Assembly (NCBI GenBank): GCA_964586605.1
Contig: CAZPGX010000002.1
Location: forward strand, 11,648 to 75,647
Reading direction: 5' to 3'
Source of the DNA: an uncultured Planctomycetia bacterium
GTDB taxonomy: Bacteria > Omnitrophota > Gorgyraeia > JAFGHF01
DNA: 64,000 bases
Shown here: one piece after another, positions 49,495-59,107 of the stretch
How the letters are laid out: every line of letters begins with the position of its first letter
Numbering within the stretch: the first letter of the stretch is position 1
Notes under the pieces: generated by a model
What the model saw: only the letters and a program-made list of their open reading frames with translations
What the model was told of the DNA's origin: nothing
The model's database searches: none
Translations under genes and position numbers: made by a program

Positions 49495-49863
49495 TTACAA
49501 TTTTTTAAAATATTTTTGTTTGATAATACTGATAGAAAAAATTAACAATATCAAATAATTGATAGAAAAGAACGTGTTGAAAGGCAACAAATTAAGAGTG
49601 CTTGTTATTAATGCCTGAATATAACAATAGATAAAATATAAACAGACAAATGGCGCCGCAATTATAGCCAGAGTATTATAGAAAAATAAACCTATTGCTT
49701 CTAATAAGATTATGATTACGTAAAATAGAATAAGCATGAAGAATCTATTTGAAAAAATCGCTACTTCAAATGTTGGATTACCCAATGCCATCATACCAGT
49801 AATAAACATAAAAATTGAATGAAAGAGGATTATCATAGCATTAATTTTTAAATAAGTTTTCAT
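49495..49863 (-). CDS. Hypothetical small hydrophobic protein (3-4 TM) in a very AT-rich islet
   Basis: The ORF sits in a low-GC stretch (about 49390-50000) and has no RBS or motif support. It may be spurious. Confidence 0.25.
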   Translation of the reverse strand: MKTYLKINAMIILFHSIFMFITGMMALGNPTFEVAIFSNRFFMLILFYVIIILLEAIGLFFYNTLAIIAAPFVCLYFIYCYIQALITSTLNLLPFNTFFSINYLILLIFSISIIKQKYFKKL

Positions 49864-50010
49864 TAAACATCTCTCCTTTTTATTATTTTTAATCTAACAT
49901 ATAATAGACAAAGTTCGTTTTTTCTGTTGCTTTTTCTCTATTTTTGTTCAGTTGCCTAGTTAAATATGCTGTAATATTTTCTTCCATTTCGCTCTTTTAT
50001 AGAAAAGTAA

Positions 50011-50035
50011 AAAGGGGCCAAGCCCCTTTTACACG
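50011..50035 (-). terminator. Intrinsic terminator hairpin (AAAAGGGGC-caag-GCCCCTTTT) downstream of the four-helix-bundle gene
   Basis: Perfect 9-bp GC-rich stem flanked by T/A runs on both sides. Confidence 0.6.
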
Positions 50036-50054
50036 ACTAATTGTCGATATTGGC

Positions 50055-50396
50055 TCACTTTATTAAACCCGAAAGCATCTTACAGATATCTTCAATCTCT
50101 TTCTTCAGTAATTCGTTTTTGGGCATATCAACAAGGTCCTTGCGTTTGCAAAGCTCCAAAATGGGAACACATTCAAACGCAGAACCCCGGGCTATTCTAA
50201 AGAAGTTAACTCTATCCGCCTTATGGTATCGGCCATTGCCTTCTGCAATGTTCGTTGAAATTGATAAAGCTGCTCGATTTAATTGGTCAACTAGATAATA
50301 ATTGCCTTTTGGAAAATCCTTCGTTAATTCGCATATTGCATCTGCGAAATCAACTGCTTTTTGATATACATCAAGTTTTTCAAATATAAATGCCAT
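50055..50396 (-). CDS. Four-helix-bundle protein (23S rRNA intervening-sequence protein family)
   Basis: Characteristic family sequence: MAFIFEKLDVYQKAVDFA...LVDQLNRAALSISTNIAEG. Confidence 0.75.
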   Translation of the reverse strand: MAFIFEKLDVYQKAVDFADAICELTKDFPKGNYYLVDQLNRAALSISTNIAEGNGRYHKADRVNFFRIARGSAFECVPILELCKRKDLVDMPKNELLKKEIEDICKMLSGLIK

Positions 50397-50503
50397 GTTT
50401 TGAAAATAGAAAATCGAGATTTGATCGAACCGAAAATCTTTTCCCAGCTATTTTCAACTATCGATTTTCGATTCTCTACCAATTTCTGGCTATGCCAGAA
50501 ATT

Positions 50504-50578
50504 GGTTGCCCCGTCTGGACTCGAACCAGAAATAACTGATCCAGAATCAGTCGTGTTACCAATTACACCACAGGGCAA
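50504..50578 (-). tRNA. tRNA-Gln(CUG)
   Basis: U1:A72, anticodon loop UUCUGGA, T-loop UUCGAGU, with CCA encoded. Confidence 0.7.
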
Positions 50579-50584
50579 TGTGAA

Positions 50585-50612
50585 AAGGTGTGAAAAGGGG
50601 CCTGGCCCCTTT
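50585..50612. terminator. Bidirectional terminator-like hairpin (AAAGGGGCC-tgg-GGCCCCTTT) between the PilZ gene and tRNA-Gln
   Basis: It is a near-copy of the 50011 hairpin, with a T-run on the plus side and an A-run on the minus side. Confidence 0.55.
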
Positions 50613-50615
50613 TTG

Positions 50616-50984
50616 TTATGCGGAACGATATTTCTTGCCCATACTTAAGAAGTGTCTGGCTGTCTGGACCATTCTCTTCTGGTCAAAGGTCTGCATTTTG
50701 GTAAATTTCACGCCGACGTCGTAGATCTCTCTTCCCTCTTTGGTGCTTAAGGCGCTAATCCAGACTACCTGCCCTCTGGCAGCGATAGGCATTGTATCAA
50801 AAGGGGTCTCAACATATAACTCTAAAGGCGTGCCTATCTTTAGTTTTTCATATACAGGGAAACGGATACCTCCTTCGCTAAAGTCTTTGGTGATAGTTTT
50901 TTTAGTTGCAGGTGTTTTCCCGCCCATTTTATAAGTAACTACCACCGGCGCCTGTATGCGGATATATTTCCTTTTCTCCTGCAT
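50616..50984 (-). CDS. PilZ-domain protein (c-di-GMP receptor candidate)
   Basis: RKYIRIQ (RxxxR) and DFSEGG (D/NxSxGG). Confidence 0.75.
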   Translation of the reverse strand: MQEKRKYIRIQAPVVVTYKMGGKTPATKKTITKDFSEGGIRFPVYEKLKIGTPLELYVETPFDTMPIAARGQVVWISALSTKEGREIYDVGVKFTKMQTFDQKRMVQTARHFLSMGKKYRSA

Positions 50985-51002
50985 CGTTCCTCCCTCCTGG
51001 CT

Positions 51003-52295
51003 CTATTGGCCCATTAATTTCAGGGTTTCGGTTAATCTTTTTAAAACCTTCTCCCTGCCTAAAACCGACATCAACTCAAACAAACCCGGCCCTACCCTTT
51101 TGCCTGTAAGCGCTACCCTGACCGGATGAATTAGCTCGCCTGCGCGAATACCCTCATTGGCAATCAATTGACGGCAGGCGGTTTCTGCTCTCTCTGTATC
51201 AAAGGAGTCTGTTTTTTTTAGGCTTGCGATTAACTTATTGAAAATATCCTTATTTTTTTGCTCCTTAAGCAAAAACTCTTTTGCCTCGGGGGTAAATTTG
51301 ATTTTCTCTTCAAAGAAAAAGGCGGCCTGCTCGGCAAATTCGGAGAGTTTCTTTATTCTCATTTTAAGCAACTGAATAATCTCAGAGGCTTTCTCTTTAT
51401 CGTAACCCTGCTTGATATATCCCCTCTCAAGCAAAAAAGGAGATACCCTCTCAAGCAGTTGTTCTGCGCTTAACTGTTGAATATACCGGCCGTTCATCCA
51501 CTCTAATTTCTCCGGATTGAAGTAAGCTGCGGTCTTGAGCACCCTCTCTAAGGTAAATTCCTTAACCGTCTCTTCTTGCGAGAGGACCTCGCGATTCGCT
51601 CCCGGCGACCAGCCCAAAAGGGCCAGGAAATTAAACAGGGCTTCGGGCAAATAGCCCTGGTCTCTGTAATAAGAAACCGGCATAGCCCCCTTTCGTTTGG
51701 AAAGGCGGGAACGGTCGCTGGCTACAATCAGGGGGATATGCGCAAATTCAGGGATAGCAAATCCCAGCGCTTCATAAATGGCGAGCTGCTTCGGCGTATT
51801 GGAGATATGGTCTTCGCCGCGGATAACATGGCTGATGCGCATATCGTGGTCGTCCAGGCAGCAGGCAAAATTATAGGTAGGCGTGCCGTCGGATTTTATT
51901 AATACCTGGTCTTTGAAGGAGCCTGCGGAAAATTTAATCTTACCGCGGATTAAATCCGTAAACTCAAAATCGTGCCGGGGAACTTTTAAGATGATGGCTG
52001 CGCCTTCGGTATAGGCCTTTTGTGCTTTGAGAAGTTTCTGCGCCTGCTCCCGGTAGAGGCTGCTTCGCTTGCTTTGAAAATACGGCCCCTCATCCCAATT
52101 AAGCCCGAGCCATTTTAAGTCCTCGAGAATCTGGCCTAAGTAGGTATCTTGCGAGCGGGCCCTGTCGGTATCTTCGATTCTTAAAATAAAGGCGCCTTTT
52201 TCATGGCGGGCAAACAGCCAATTGAATAAGGCAGTCCTTACTCCCCCAATATGAAGAAACCCCGTCGGGGAAGGAGCAAATCTAACTCTAACCAT
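51003..52295 (-). CDS. gltX: Glutamate--tRNA ligase (short form, 430 aa)
   Basis: Class I HIGH motif (PSPTGFLHIGG), KMSKS-like LSKRKG and the GluRS body. Confidence 0.85.
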   Translation of the reverse strand: MVRVRFAPSPTGFLHIGGVRTALFNWLFARHEKGAFILRIEDTDRARSQDTYLGQILEDLKWLGLNWDEGPYFQSKRSSLYREQAQKLLKAQKAYTEGAAIILKVPRHDFEFTDLIRGKIKFSAGSFKDQVLIKSDGTPTYNFACCLDDHDMRISHVIRGEDHISNTPKQLAIYEALGFAIPEFAHIPLIVASDRSRLSKRKGAMPVSYYRDQGYLPEALFNFLALLGWSPGANREVLSQEETVKEFTLERVLKTAAYFNPEKLEWMNGRYIQQLSAEQLLERVSPFLLERGYIKQGYDKEKASEIIQLLKMRIKKLSEFAEQAAFFFEEKIKFTPEAKEFLLKEQKNKDIFNKLIASLKKTDSFDTERAETACRQLIANEGIRAGELIHPVRVALTGKRVGPGLFELMSVLGREKVLKRLTETLKLMGQ

Positions 52296-52824
52296 TTAAT
52301 TCTGTCCCTACCTTAAACGCTTTCTTATTTAACTCTACTATCGTTTGTCCCTTCGGATTAAATATCTCCTCTATTGCTTTTTCAAAAAATGAGCTTTTTA
52401 AAAAAGCGGCATTACTTATATAAACCCCGAGAGCAATTATATTAGCTACCTGTTTATTGCCTAATTCAGTTGCTTGTTTAGTAAAATCTCTATTAATTAC
52501 CTTTAAATCCCCGCGAATACATAAATCGCCTATAGTCCCTTTATTTATTACCACCAAACCCTTTCTTTTAACCCGGGCAATAAATCTATTTACTGAAGGG
52601 ACATTCATTAAAATTGCATCGTCGGAAAACTCTACATAAGGAGAAGCTATGCCCTCATCGGAAATAACCACCATACAATGGGCTGTTCCTCCGCGCATCT
52701 CTGCTCCATAAGAAGGGAGCCAACTAACCTGCTTTTTTTGCATTAATCCTGCTTGAGCTAAAATCTTCCCCAATACTAAAACCCCCTGGCCCCCAAAGCC
52801 TGAACAAATAATTCTCTTTTCCAT
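52288..52824 (-). CDS. 2-oxoacid:ferredoxin oxidoreductase gamma subunit
   Basis: IICSGFGGQGVLVLGKILA N-terminus typical of POR/KOR gamma. Confidence 0.8.
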   Translation of the reverse strand: MEKRIICSGFGGQGVLVLGKILAQAGLMQKKQVSWLPSYGAEMRGGTAHCMVVISDEGIASPYVEFSDDAILMNVPSVNRFIARVKRKGLVVINKGTIGDLCIRGDLKVINRDFTKQATELGNKQVANIIALGVYISNAAFLKSSFFEKAIEEIFNPKGQTIVELNKKAFKVGTELNG

Positions 52825-53543
52825 TATTTGACCTTTCCCAAGGGAAAGATTGTTAACATCTTTTCTTCAATCCAATCATAAGCCTCTTTGGGCGTGAGAT
52901 GCCAGGCAGTGGGACAAGGAGATATTACCTCTACTAAAGAAAAGCCTCTCCCCTCTATCTGATTTAAAAAAGCCTGTCTTATTGCCTCTTTTGCCTCTTT
53001 TATCGCGGAAGAGTTGTGGATTGAAACCCTCACTAAGCTATATACTCCTTCTAACGACTTCAGTAACTCGCATACCTTAAGAGGGAAACCTTCGCCTAAA
53101 TCCTCTCTTCTCCCAAAAGGGGTGGTTGTAGTTATCTGTCCTTCGATTGTCGTAGGAGCCATCTGCCCCCCGGTCATACCGTAAACTGCATTATTAATAA
53201 AAATAGTAGTTAGTTTCTCCCCCCGGTTAGCTGCATGAATCGTCTCGGCCATGCCGATAGAAGCCAGGTCTCCATCTCCTTGATAAGTAAATACTATGTT
53301 TTCGGGATGGGTGCGTTTTATGCCCGTGGCTACTGCCAATCCTCTCCCATGAGCAGATTCAGTAACATCGAAATTCCAATATTTATAAGCGATTACCGCA
53401 CACCCTACCGGAGCAATTCCAACAACAATCTCTCTTATATCCAGCTCATCGACTATTTGAGCTATGAGTTTATGCGTCAAGGTGTGTCCGCATCCTGGAC
53501 AATAATGAAAAGGGGCTTTTCTTAACGCTTTTTGCTCATCCAT
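52824..53543 (-). CDS. 2-oxoacid:ferredoxin oxidoreductase beta subunit (TPP-binding)
   Basis: CPGCGH N-terminus and the TPP GDG motif. Confidence 0.85.
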   Translation of the reverse strand: MDEQKALRKAPFHYCPGCGHTLTHKLIAQIVDELDIREIVVGIAPVGCAVIAYKYWNFDVTESAHGRGLAVATGIKRTHPENIVFTYQGDGDLASIGMAETIHAANRGEKLTTIFINNAVYGMTGGQMAPTTIEGQITTTTPFGRREDLGEGFPLKVCELLKSLEGVYSLVRVSIHNSSAIKEAKEAIRQAFLNQIEGRGFSLVEVISPCPTAWHLTPKEAYDWIEEKMLTIFPLGKVK

Positions 53544-54592
53544 TTTATCCTCTTTATTATCACCTGAGATTGGGGTATCTCCCCTCCTAATGTTCCATAG
53601 AAGTCTGTCTTTATATCTTTATCTAAAGACAAGCGCACATCCTCTAACATCTGCCCCATAGACATCTCTATTACTAAAATATTTTTAGTTTGGGGGCCTA
53701 TCTTCTTAAAGGCCTTCTTGGGAAAAGGCCACAAAGAAATAGGTCTAATCATCCCTACTTTTCTACCCTCACCTCTTGCTTTTCGCATAGCCTCTTTTGC
53801 GATTCGGGCTACCGAACCATAGGCCACTAAAATAGTCTGCGCTTCTTGTAAGTTTTCCTCTTCCCAGAGCTGCTCTTGAGCATAAATCTCTTCATATTTC
53901 TTTTGTAAATGAGCCAGGTGCGCTACCATTTCCTCTTTACTCATAAAAAGAGAACGAATTACACGAGGTTGTCTGCCTTTACATCCCGTCAAGGCCCATG
54001 ATTTCGTATTTCGTACTTTGTATTTCGTATTTCGTATTTTACGATTCACGAGCAATGGTTCCATCATTTGACCTATTGTAGCATCGGTCAAAATCATACA
54101 AGGATTACGATATTTATCCGCCAAGCAGAAAGCCTTCTTTACTAAATCGCTTGCTTCCTGGACACTGTTTGGAGCCAGGACAATCAAATGATAATCGCCA
54201 TGCCCCCCACCTTTAGTAGCCTGGAAATAATCTCCCTGGGCAGGAGTTATATATCCCAGGCCCGGGCCTACACGCATCACATTTACAATCACTGCCGGAA
54301 GTTCGCAGCCTGCTAAATAGGAAATCCCTTCCTGTTTGAGGCTTATCCCGGGGGAAGAAGAAGAAGTCATTGCCCTTTCTCCCGCAACTGAAGCGCCAAA
54401 TACCATATTAATAGCGGCAATTTCAGATTCTGCCTGAATAAAGACTCTCCCCTTTTTAGGCATATTTTCTGCCATATAGGCGGTGAGTTCATTCTGAGGT
54501 GTTATAGGATAGCCGGCATAGAACCTGCAACCGGCTGATATAGCAGCTTCAGCCATCGCTTCATTGCCAGTCATTAATACTTTCTTGGACAT
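53522..54592 (-). CDS. 2-oxoacid:ferredoxin oxidoreductase alpha subunit
   Basis: POR_N-like N-terminus (MTGNEAMAEAAISAGCRFYAGYPITP). It contains an in-frame heptanucleotide repeat insert. Confidence 0.85.
   Translation of the reverse strand: MSKKVLMTGNEAMAEAAISAGCRFYAGYPITPQNELTAYMAENMPKKGRVFIQAESEIAAINMVFGASVAGERAMTSSSSPGISLKQEGISYLAGCELPAVIVNVMRVGPGLGYITPAQGDYFQATKGGGHGDYHLIVLAPNSVQEASDLVKKAFCLADKYRNPCMILTDATIGQMMEPLLVNRKIRNTKYKVRNTKSWALTGCKGRQPRVIRSLFMSKEEMVAHLAHLQKKYEEIYAQEQLWEEENLQEAQTILVAYGSVARIAKEAMRKARGEGRKVGMIRPISLWPFPKKAFKKIGPQTKNILVIEMSMGQMLEDVRLSLDKDIKTDFYGTLGGEIPQSQVIIKRIKWMSKKR
54001..54040. repeat. Heptanucleotide tandem repeat (ATTTCGT, about 5.7 copies, one variant unit) inside the oxidoreductase alpha CDS
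   Basis: It was read directly from the sequence. It encodes RKIRNTKYKVRNTKS. Confidence 0.9.
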
Positions 54593-54593
54593 C

Positions 54594-56516
54594 TTAATTC
54601 GCTTTTTCTTTGTGATAATTCATGTTTTTTAATTCATTAAGCACAGTGTGCACAATGCCCTTGGCTGTCAGACCGTACTTTTCTAAAAGAAATTCGCGTC
54701 TTGCCTGCGGGATAAATGCGCAGGGCAAGGCAATCCTTTTAACTTTTACCCCGGAAATTTTTTCTCTTTCTAAAAGTTCTAAGACTGCCGAGCCAAAGCC
54801 GCCGGCAGAGACCCCTTCTTCTGCCACTACCAACATCTTGAATCTGGCACAGAGTTCCTTAATTAGCAGCTCATCCAGCGGTTTAGCAAAGCGGGCATTG
54901 ATTACGGCACATTCGGTGCCCCGGGCAGCCAAAATCCTGGCGACCTCAAGGCTGGGATAAACCATGCTGCCTAAAGCGATAATAGCCAGGTGTTTTCCTT
55001 CGCGTAAGACCTCGGCCCTGCCGTATTCAATCCTGGCCGGCCGGTAATCCTCAAGGCCTAAATCCTTTTCCAGCGGAACCCCGCCCTTGGGGTATCTGAT
55101 TGCTATCGGACGAGAACCCCTTAAGGCAAACTCCAACATCGCCTCTAATTCTTCTGCGTCCTTCGGAGCCGTAAGCACTAAGTTGGGGATATGCCTCAAA
55201 TAAGCAAGGTCAAAGATGCCCTGATGGGTAGCGCCGTCTTCTCCGACGAGACCTGCGCGGTCAAGACATAAGATTACCGGCAACTCCTGCAAGGCTACAT
55301 CGTGGATTATCTGATCATAGCCCCGCTGCAAGAATGTGGAGTAGATAGCCACAAAGGGCCGCAGGCCCATGCGGGCTAATCCGGCGGCAAAACCTACGGC
55401 GTGGCCTTCGGCCATGCCCACATCATAAAACCTCTGCGGAAAGACCTTGCCAAATTTATCCAATCCCGTGCCTTCGGGCATAGCCGCGGTAATAGCAACT
55501 ACTCTTTTATCGTGCCGGGCCAGATGAATCAATTTCTGGCTAAAAACTTGTGTAAAGGTCTTCTTGCCCCCTGCCGCCTTGCCTGAACCAAAGGCGCTTG
55601 AACTTACTCCGTGAAATCTCTCAGGAAGCTCTTCCGCCCGCAAATAGCCTTTGCCTTTTACTGTTATGGCATGAACAAGTACCGGGCCCTGCAGCTGCAA
55701 TACATTCTTTAAGGTGTGGACGATCTCTTCAATATTATGCCCGTCGATGGGGCCAAAGTAGCGAAAACCCAGTTCTTCAAACAGCGTTCCCGGCACAAGA
55801 AGGTTCTTCAGGCCTTCCTCGAGGTGTTTGGCGGCGGAAAGAAGCTTTTTCCCAACACGCGGGACTCTTTTGACTAAGTTTTCTATATCAGCCCTGATGC
55901 GGTTATAAATAGGCATAGTAATTATGCGGTTAAGATAGTGGCTGAGTGCGCCTACGCTTTTTGAGATAGCCATTTTATTATCGTTGACGATTACCACAAG
56001 GTCTTTTTTCAGCTGTCCGGCGTGGTTTAAGGCCTCGAGGGCCATTCCTCCGCCTAGGGAGGCATCGCCGATCACCACTGCTATCTTCAAACGCCGGGGC
56101 TGCGTCCTGTCTTTGTTCTCTCCCGCGCAGGCGCAGGCCAATCCTAAGGCCGTGGAAATAGAAGTGGAGCCATGCCCGACGGTAAAGGTATCATAAATAC
56201 TCTCATCTTTGTTCGGAAAGCCGCTTAACCCCTGCCACTGGCGAAGCGTCTTTAGCCTCTTGCGCCGCCCGGTTAAAATCTTATGGGCATAGGCCTGATG
56301 CCCGACATCCCAGATGAGCTTATCTTTTGGCGTATCCAGACAATAATGCAGGGCAACGGCCAACTCTACTGCGCCGAGGCTAGAGGCTAAATGCCCGCCG
56401 GTGCGGGAGACTGTCTCAATAATCTCCCGACGAATCTCCTGCACCAATTGAGGCAGCTTTCTTAAGGGGAGTTTTTTTAAATCTGCTGGATTCTTAATGT
56501 TTTCTAATAAACCCAT
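54594..56516 (-). CDS. dxs: 1-deoxy-D-xylulose-5-phosphate synthase
   Basis: TPP-binding GDG...N motif and DXS/transketolase-like domains; 640 aa. Confidence 0.9.
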   Translation of the reverse strand: MGLLENIKNPADLKKLPLRKLPQLVQEIRREIIETVSRTGGHLASSLGAVELAVALHYCLDTPKDKLIWDVGHQAYAHKILTGRRKRLKTLRQWQGLSGFPNKDESIYDTFTVGHGSTSISTALGLACACAGENKDRTQPRRLKIAVVIGDASLGGGMALEALNHAGQLKKDLVVIVNDNKMAISKSVGALSHYLNRIITMPIYNRIRADIENLVKRVPRVGKKLLSAAKHLEEGLKNLLVPGTLFEELGFRYFGPIDGHNIEEIVHTLKNVLQLQGPVLVHAITVKGKGYLRAEELPERFHGVSSSAFGSGKAAGGKKTFTQVFSQKLIHLARHDKRVVAITAAMPEGTGLDKFGKVFPQRFYDVGMAEGHAVGFAAGLARMGLRPFVAIYSTFLQRGYDQIIHDVALQELPVILCLDRAGLVGEDGATHQGIFDLAYLRHIPNLVLTAPKDAEELEAMLEFALRGSRPIAIRYPKGGVPLEKDLGLEDYRPARIEYGRAEVLREGKHLAIIALGSMVYPSLEVARILAARGTECAVINARFAKPLDELLIKELCARFKMLVVAEEGVSAGGFGSAVLELLEREKISGVKVKRIALPCAFIPQARREFLLEKYGLTAKGIVHTVLNELKNMNYHKEKAN

Positions 56517-56521
56517 CTTGC

Positions 56522-56737
56522 CTACTCTAAAGGTTTTGTTTCCCAGCCTTCGCCTTTTTTGCTTAAGAGCTGAATCTTCTTCTGGGCTGCCTGCAGGGTC
56601 TTATGGCAAAACCGCGAAAGCCTTACCCCTTCTTCATATCTCTTTAAAGAGTCGTCCAGAGAGAGTTTTCCCGATTCCAGCTCTTCCACAATCTTTTCTA
56701 ATTTTTTGAAGGCCTCTTCAAATCGCACCTCTGCCAT
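56522..56737 (-). CDS. xseB: Exodeoxyribonuclease VII small subunit
   Basis: FEEAFKKLEKIVEELESGKLSLD...; 71 aa. Confidence 0.85.
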   Translation of the reverse strand: MAEVRFEEAFKKLEKIVEELESGKLSLDDSLKRYEEGVRLSRFCHKTLQAAQKKIQLLSKKGEGWETKPLE

Positions 56738-56738
56738 C

Positions 56739-57941
56739 TTATAACATCTCCTCTATTTTACTTATTAAAGCCCCATCACTTAATCTTGTTTTAATTTTGA
56801 GGCCTATTTTAAGTGAACGGGTATTTTTTATTATTTTCTCATCGGCTGCCATTGAGGTAATGCTATAGCCGCGGCCCAAAATATTTAACGGGCTTAACGC
56901 TTGGAGCTTCCCTACTACTACATTATAGCGCTCTTGATAAATCGCTCCTAAGTGCTTGAGTTTTATCGCCAGGCCCGAGGCCAGTTCATCAACCCTTTGC
57001 TGATACTGTTCTATTAAGTCCATGGGCCTTCTAAAGGCATATCTTTCTCGAAAGGCCTCTAGTCTATGCTGCCAGAACTCAACTGTGTTAGATACGCTAA
57101 GATTAAGGCGGGAATGTAGATTCTCTATTTTATCAAGAAGTTCCTGCTTATGTACAATTACCTGTTCTGCTGCAGCTGAAGGAGTAGGTGCTCGTAAGTC
57201 GGCAACAAAATCAGATATAGTATAGTCTATTTCATGGCCTACGGCCGAAATCACAGGTATCTTTGAGCGAAAAATTGCCCGCGCAACTTCCTCCTCGTTA
57301 AAGGCCCAAAGGTCTTCTAGGCTTCCGCCGCCGCGGCCGACAATTAAAACATCCGCTTTGCCAAATTGGTTAAATTCATCGATGGCCCGGGCAATTTCTT
57401 CTGCTGCGCTCGCGCCTTGAACTCTTACCGGATTTAAGGTAATTTCCAAATTGGCAAATCTCCTATTCAAAACATGTCTGATGTCCTGAAAGGCTGCTCC
57501 GGTGGGAGAAGTAATTACTCCTATGCGCCGAGGAAGAAATGGAATGGGTTTTTTGTGTTTTTCATCAAAGAGGCCTTCTTGCTTCAAGCGCTCTTTAAGT
57601 TGCTCAAAGGCAAGCTGCAGGGCGCCTGCGCCTTTGGGCTCTATCTTTAAGACATTAATCTGATACTGCCCGCTTTTCTCATATATAGTAATTCGGCCCA
57701 GGCACACCGCATGCATTCCGTCTCTGGGTTCAAATTTCAAGCCTTTATTTACATTTCTGAATAAAACTGCCCTTAAGACGCTGTCGGCGTCTTTCAGGCT
57801 GAAATACATATGCCCGGATGAATGCAGTTTAAAATTCGAAACCTCACCCTCAACCCAAATTGTGGCAAATCGTTCCTCTAAAAGGGCTTTGACACTGCGC
57901 GTTAACTGGGAAACTGTATAGATATGTCTTTTTTCTGCCAT
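56739..57941 (-). CDS. xseA: Exodeoxyribonuclease VII large subunit
   Basis: OB-fold N-terminus (IWVEGEVSNFK) and the catalytic domain (GRGGGS). Confidence 0.9.
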   Translation of the reverse strand: MAEKRHIYTVSQLTRSVKALLEERFATIWVEGEVSNFKLHSSGHMYFSLKDADSVLRAVLFRNVNKGLKFEPRDGMHAVCLGRITIYEKSGQYQINVLKIEPKGAGALQLAFEQLKERLKQEGLFDEKHKKPIPFLPRRIGVITSPTGAAFQDIRHVLNRRFANLEITLNPVRVQGASAAEEIARAIDEFNQFGKADVLIVGRGGGSLEDLWAFNEEEVARAIFRSKIPVISAVGHEIDYTISDFVADLRAPTPSAAAEQVIVHKQELLDKIENLHSRLNLSVSNTVEFWQHRLEAFRERYAFRRPMDLIEQYQQRVDELASGLAIKLKHLGAIYQERYNVVVGKLQALSPLNILGRGYSITSMAADEKIIKNTRSLKIGLKIKTRLSDGALISKIEEML

Positions 57942-57945
57942 CAGA

Positions 57946-58314
57946 TTAGCCTTTTCGGCTCCAGATGTACTTTATTATATTTTGAATTCTTTCCTTATCT
58001 TGGTCTTTAATGGCAATAAATTCAATGCCCGTATTGTAGCGCAAGGGCTTTTCTTTCTGTTTAGAAGCGAGTTCTTCAACCCACCTAACCTTGCCTCTTG
58101 AGAACACGGTGGGCAATGTATCTTTTAAATCTATTTCCAGGTCTACCTCTGCCGCCATTTCTATCTTCTGCCTAATTATTACGCGCAGGCCGAGCACGCT
58201 GATGTCTTCGGTGTGCGTAAGCAGGGACTGCGCAGGAACGGTATTTTTGCGCAGCGTAATCAGGCACGGATATTCTGCCCGCCTGAACCTGCGCCTATCC
58301 ACCCCATCCCACAT
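57946..58314 (-). CDS. PilZ-domain protein
   Basis: RRRFRR...EDISVLG pattern. Confidence 0.65.
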   Translation of the reverse strand: MWDGVDRRRFRRAEYPCLITLRKNTVPAQSLLTHTEDISVLGLRVIIRQKIEMAAEVDLEIDLKDTLPTVFSRGKVRWVEELASKQKEKPLRYNTGIEFIAIKDQDKERIQNIIKYIWSRKG

Positions 58315-59107
58315 CGTTACCTCCCCTTAGTTTTTCTTGAATTCTTAAAATTGACCGGGCCTTGCCGGTCCGCTCATCTATATCCAAAACTACTCCGTGT
58401 AACTGGACGTTATCTCTGGCCATTTCAAAGCGCACCGGCCGCTGGGTCAAAAAACGCTCTAAAATCTGTTCAACCTTCCTTCCGATTACAGAGTCATATG
58501 GGCCGGCCATCCCCAGATCCGTGATATATGCGCTGCCGCCGGGCAATATCTTCTCATCCGCTGTCTGCACATGCGTGTGGGTGCCTAAGACGGCACTTAC
58601 TTTGCCGTCGAGAAACCAGCCCAGGGCAATCTTTTCGCTGGTAGCCTCGGCGTGCATATCCACTAAGATTACCGGCGTCTGACCCCTCATCTCCTCCACA
58701 GCGGCCTCGGCGCATTTAAAAGGGCACTCCAGGCTGGACATAAATACCCGCCCTTCCAAATTTAGCACGCCTACCTTTTGTTGGCCCTTCTTTGTTTTAA
58801 TGATACCCCAGCCTCTTCCAGGAGCCCCCGCAGGGTAATTCGCCGGGCGCAGGATTCTCATCTCCGAATCAATGATTTCCAGGACCTCGTTTTTCTTCCA
58901 GATATGGTCGCCGCTGGTAAGCATATCCAGGCCAAACCTGAAAAGCTCCTCGGCAATCCTAGGCGTAACCCCCGAGCCCCCGGCAGCGTTCTCGGCATTG
59001 GCAATGGATAAATCGATTTTGTGCTTTTTAACGAGCTGCGGCAGAAGCAGGCGAATTGCCTCCCTGCCGGGCTTGCCAACTATATCCCCAATAAATAGAA
59101 TCTTCAT
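58295..59107 (-). CDS. ymdB: YmdB-like metallophosphoesterase (TIGR00282; 2',3'-cyclic-nucleotide phosphodiesterase)
   Basis: [11 protein letters not shown]...ANAENAAGG. The rny-ymdB pairing is conserved. Confidence 0.85.
   Translation of the reverse strand: MKILFIGDIVGKPGREAIRLLLPQLVKKHKIDLSIANAENAAGGSGVTPRIAEELFRFGLDMLTSGDHIWKKNEVLEIIDSEMRILRPANYPAGAPGRGWGIIKTKKGQQKVGVLNLEGRVFMSSLECPFKCAEAAVEEMRGQTPVILVDMHAEATSEKIALGWFLDGKVSAVLGTHTHVQTADEKILPGGSAYITDLGMAGPYDSVIGRKVEQILERFLTQRPVRFEMARDNVQLHGVVLDIDERTGKARSILRIQEKLRGGNDVGWGG

Noticed and set aside
50324-50648. ORFs 50324..50578 (-) and 50361..50648 (+) overlapping tRNA-Gln.
   Set aside because: They overlap a clear tRNA gene and terminator hairpins, and are AT-rich spurious frames.
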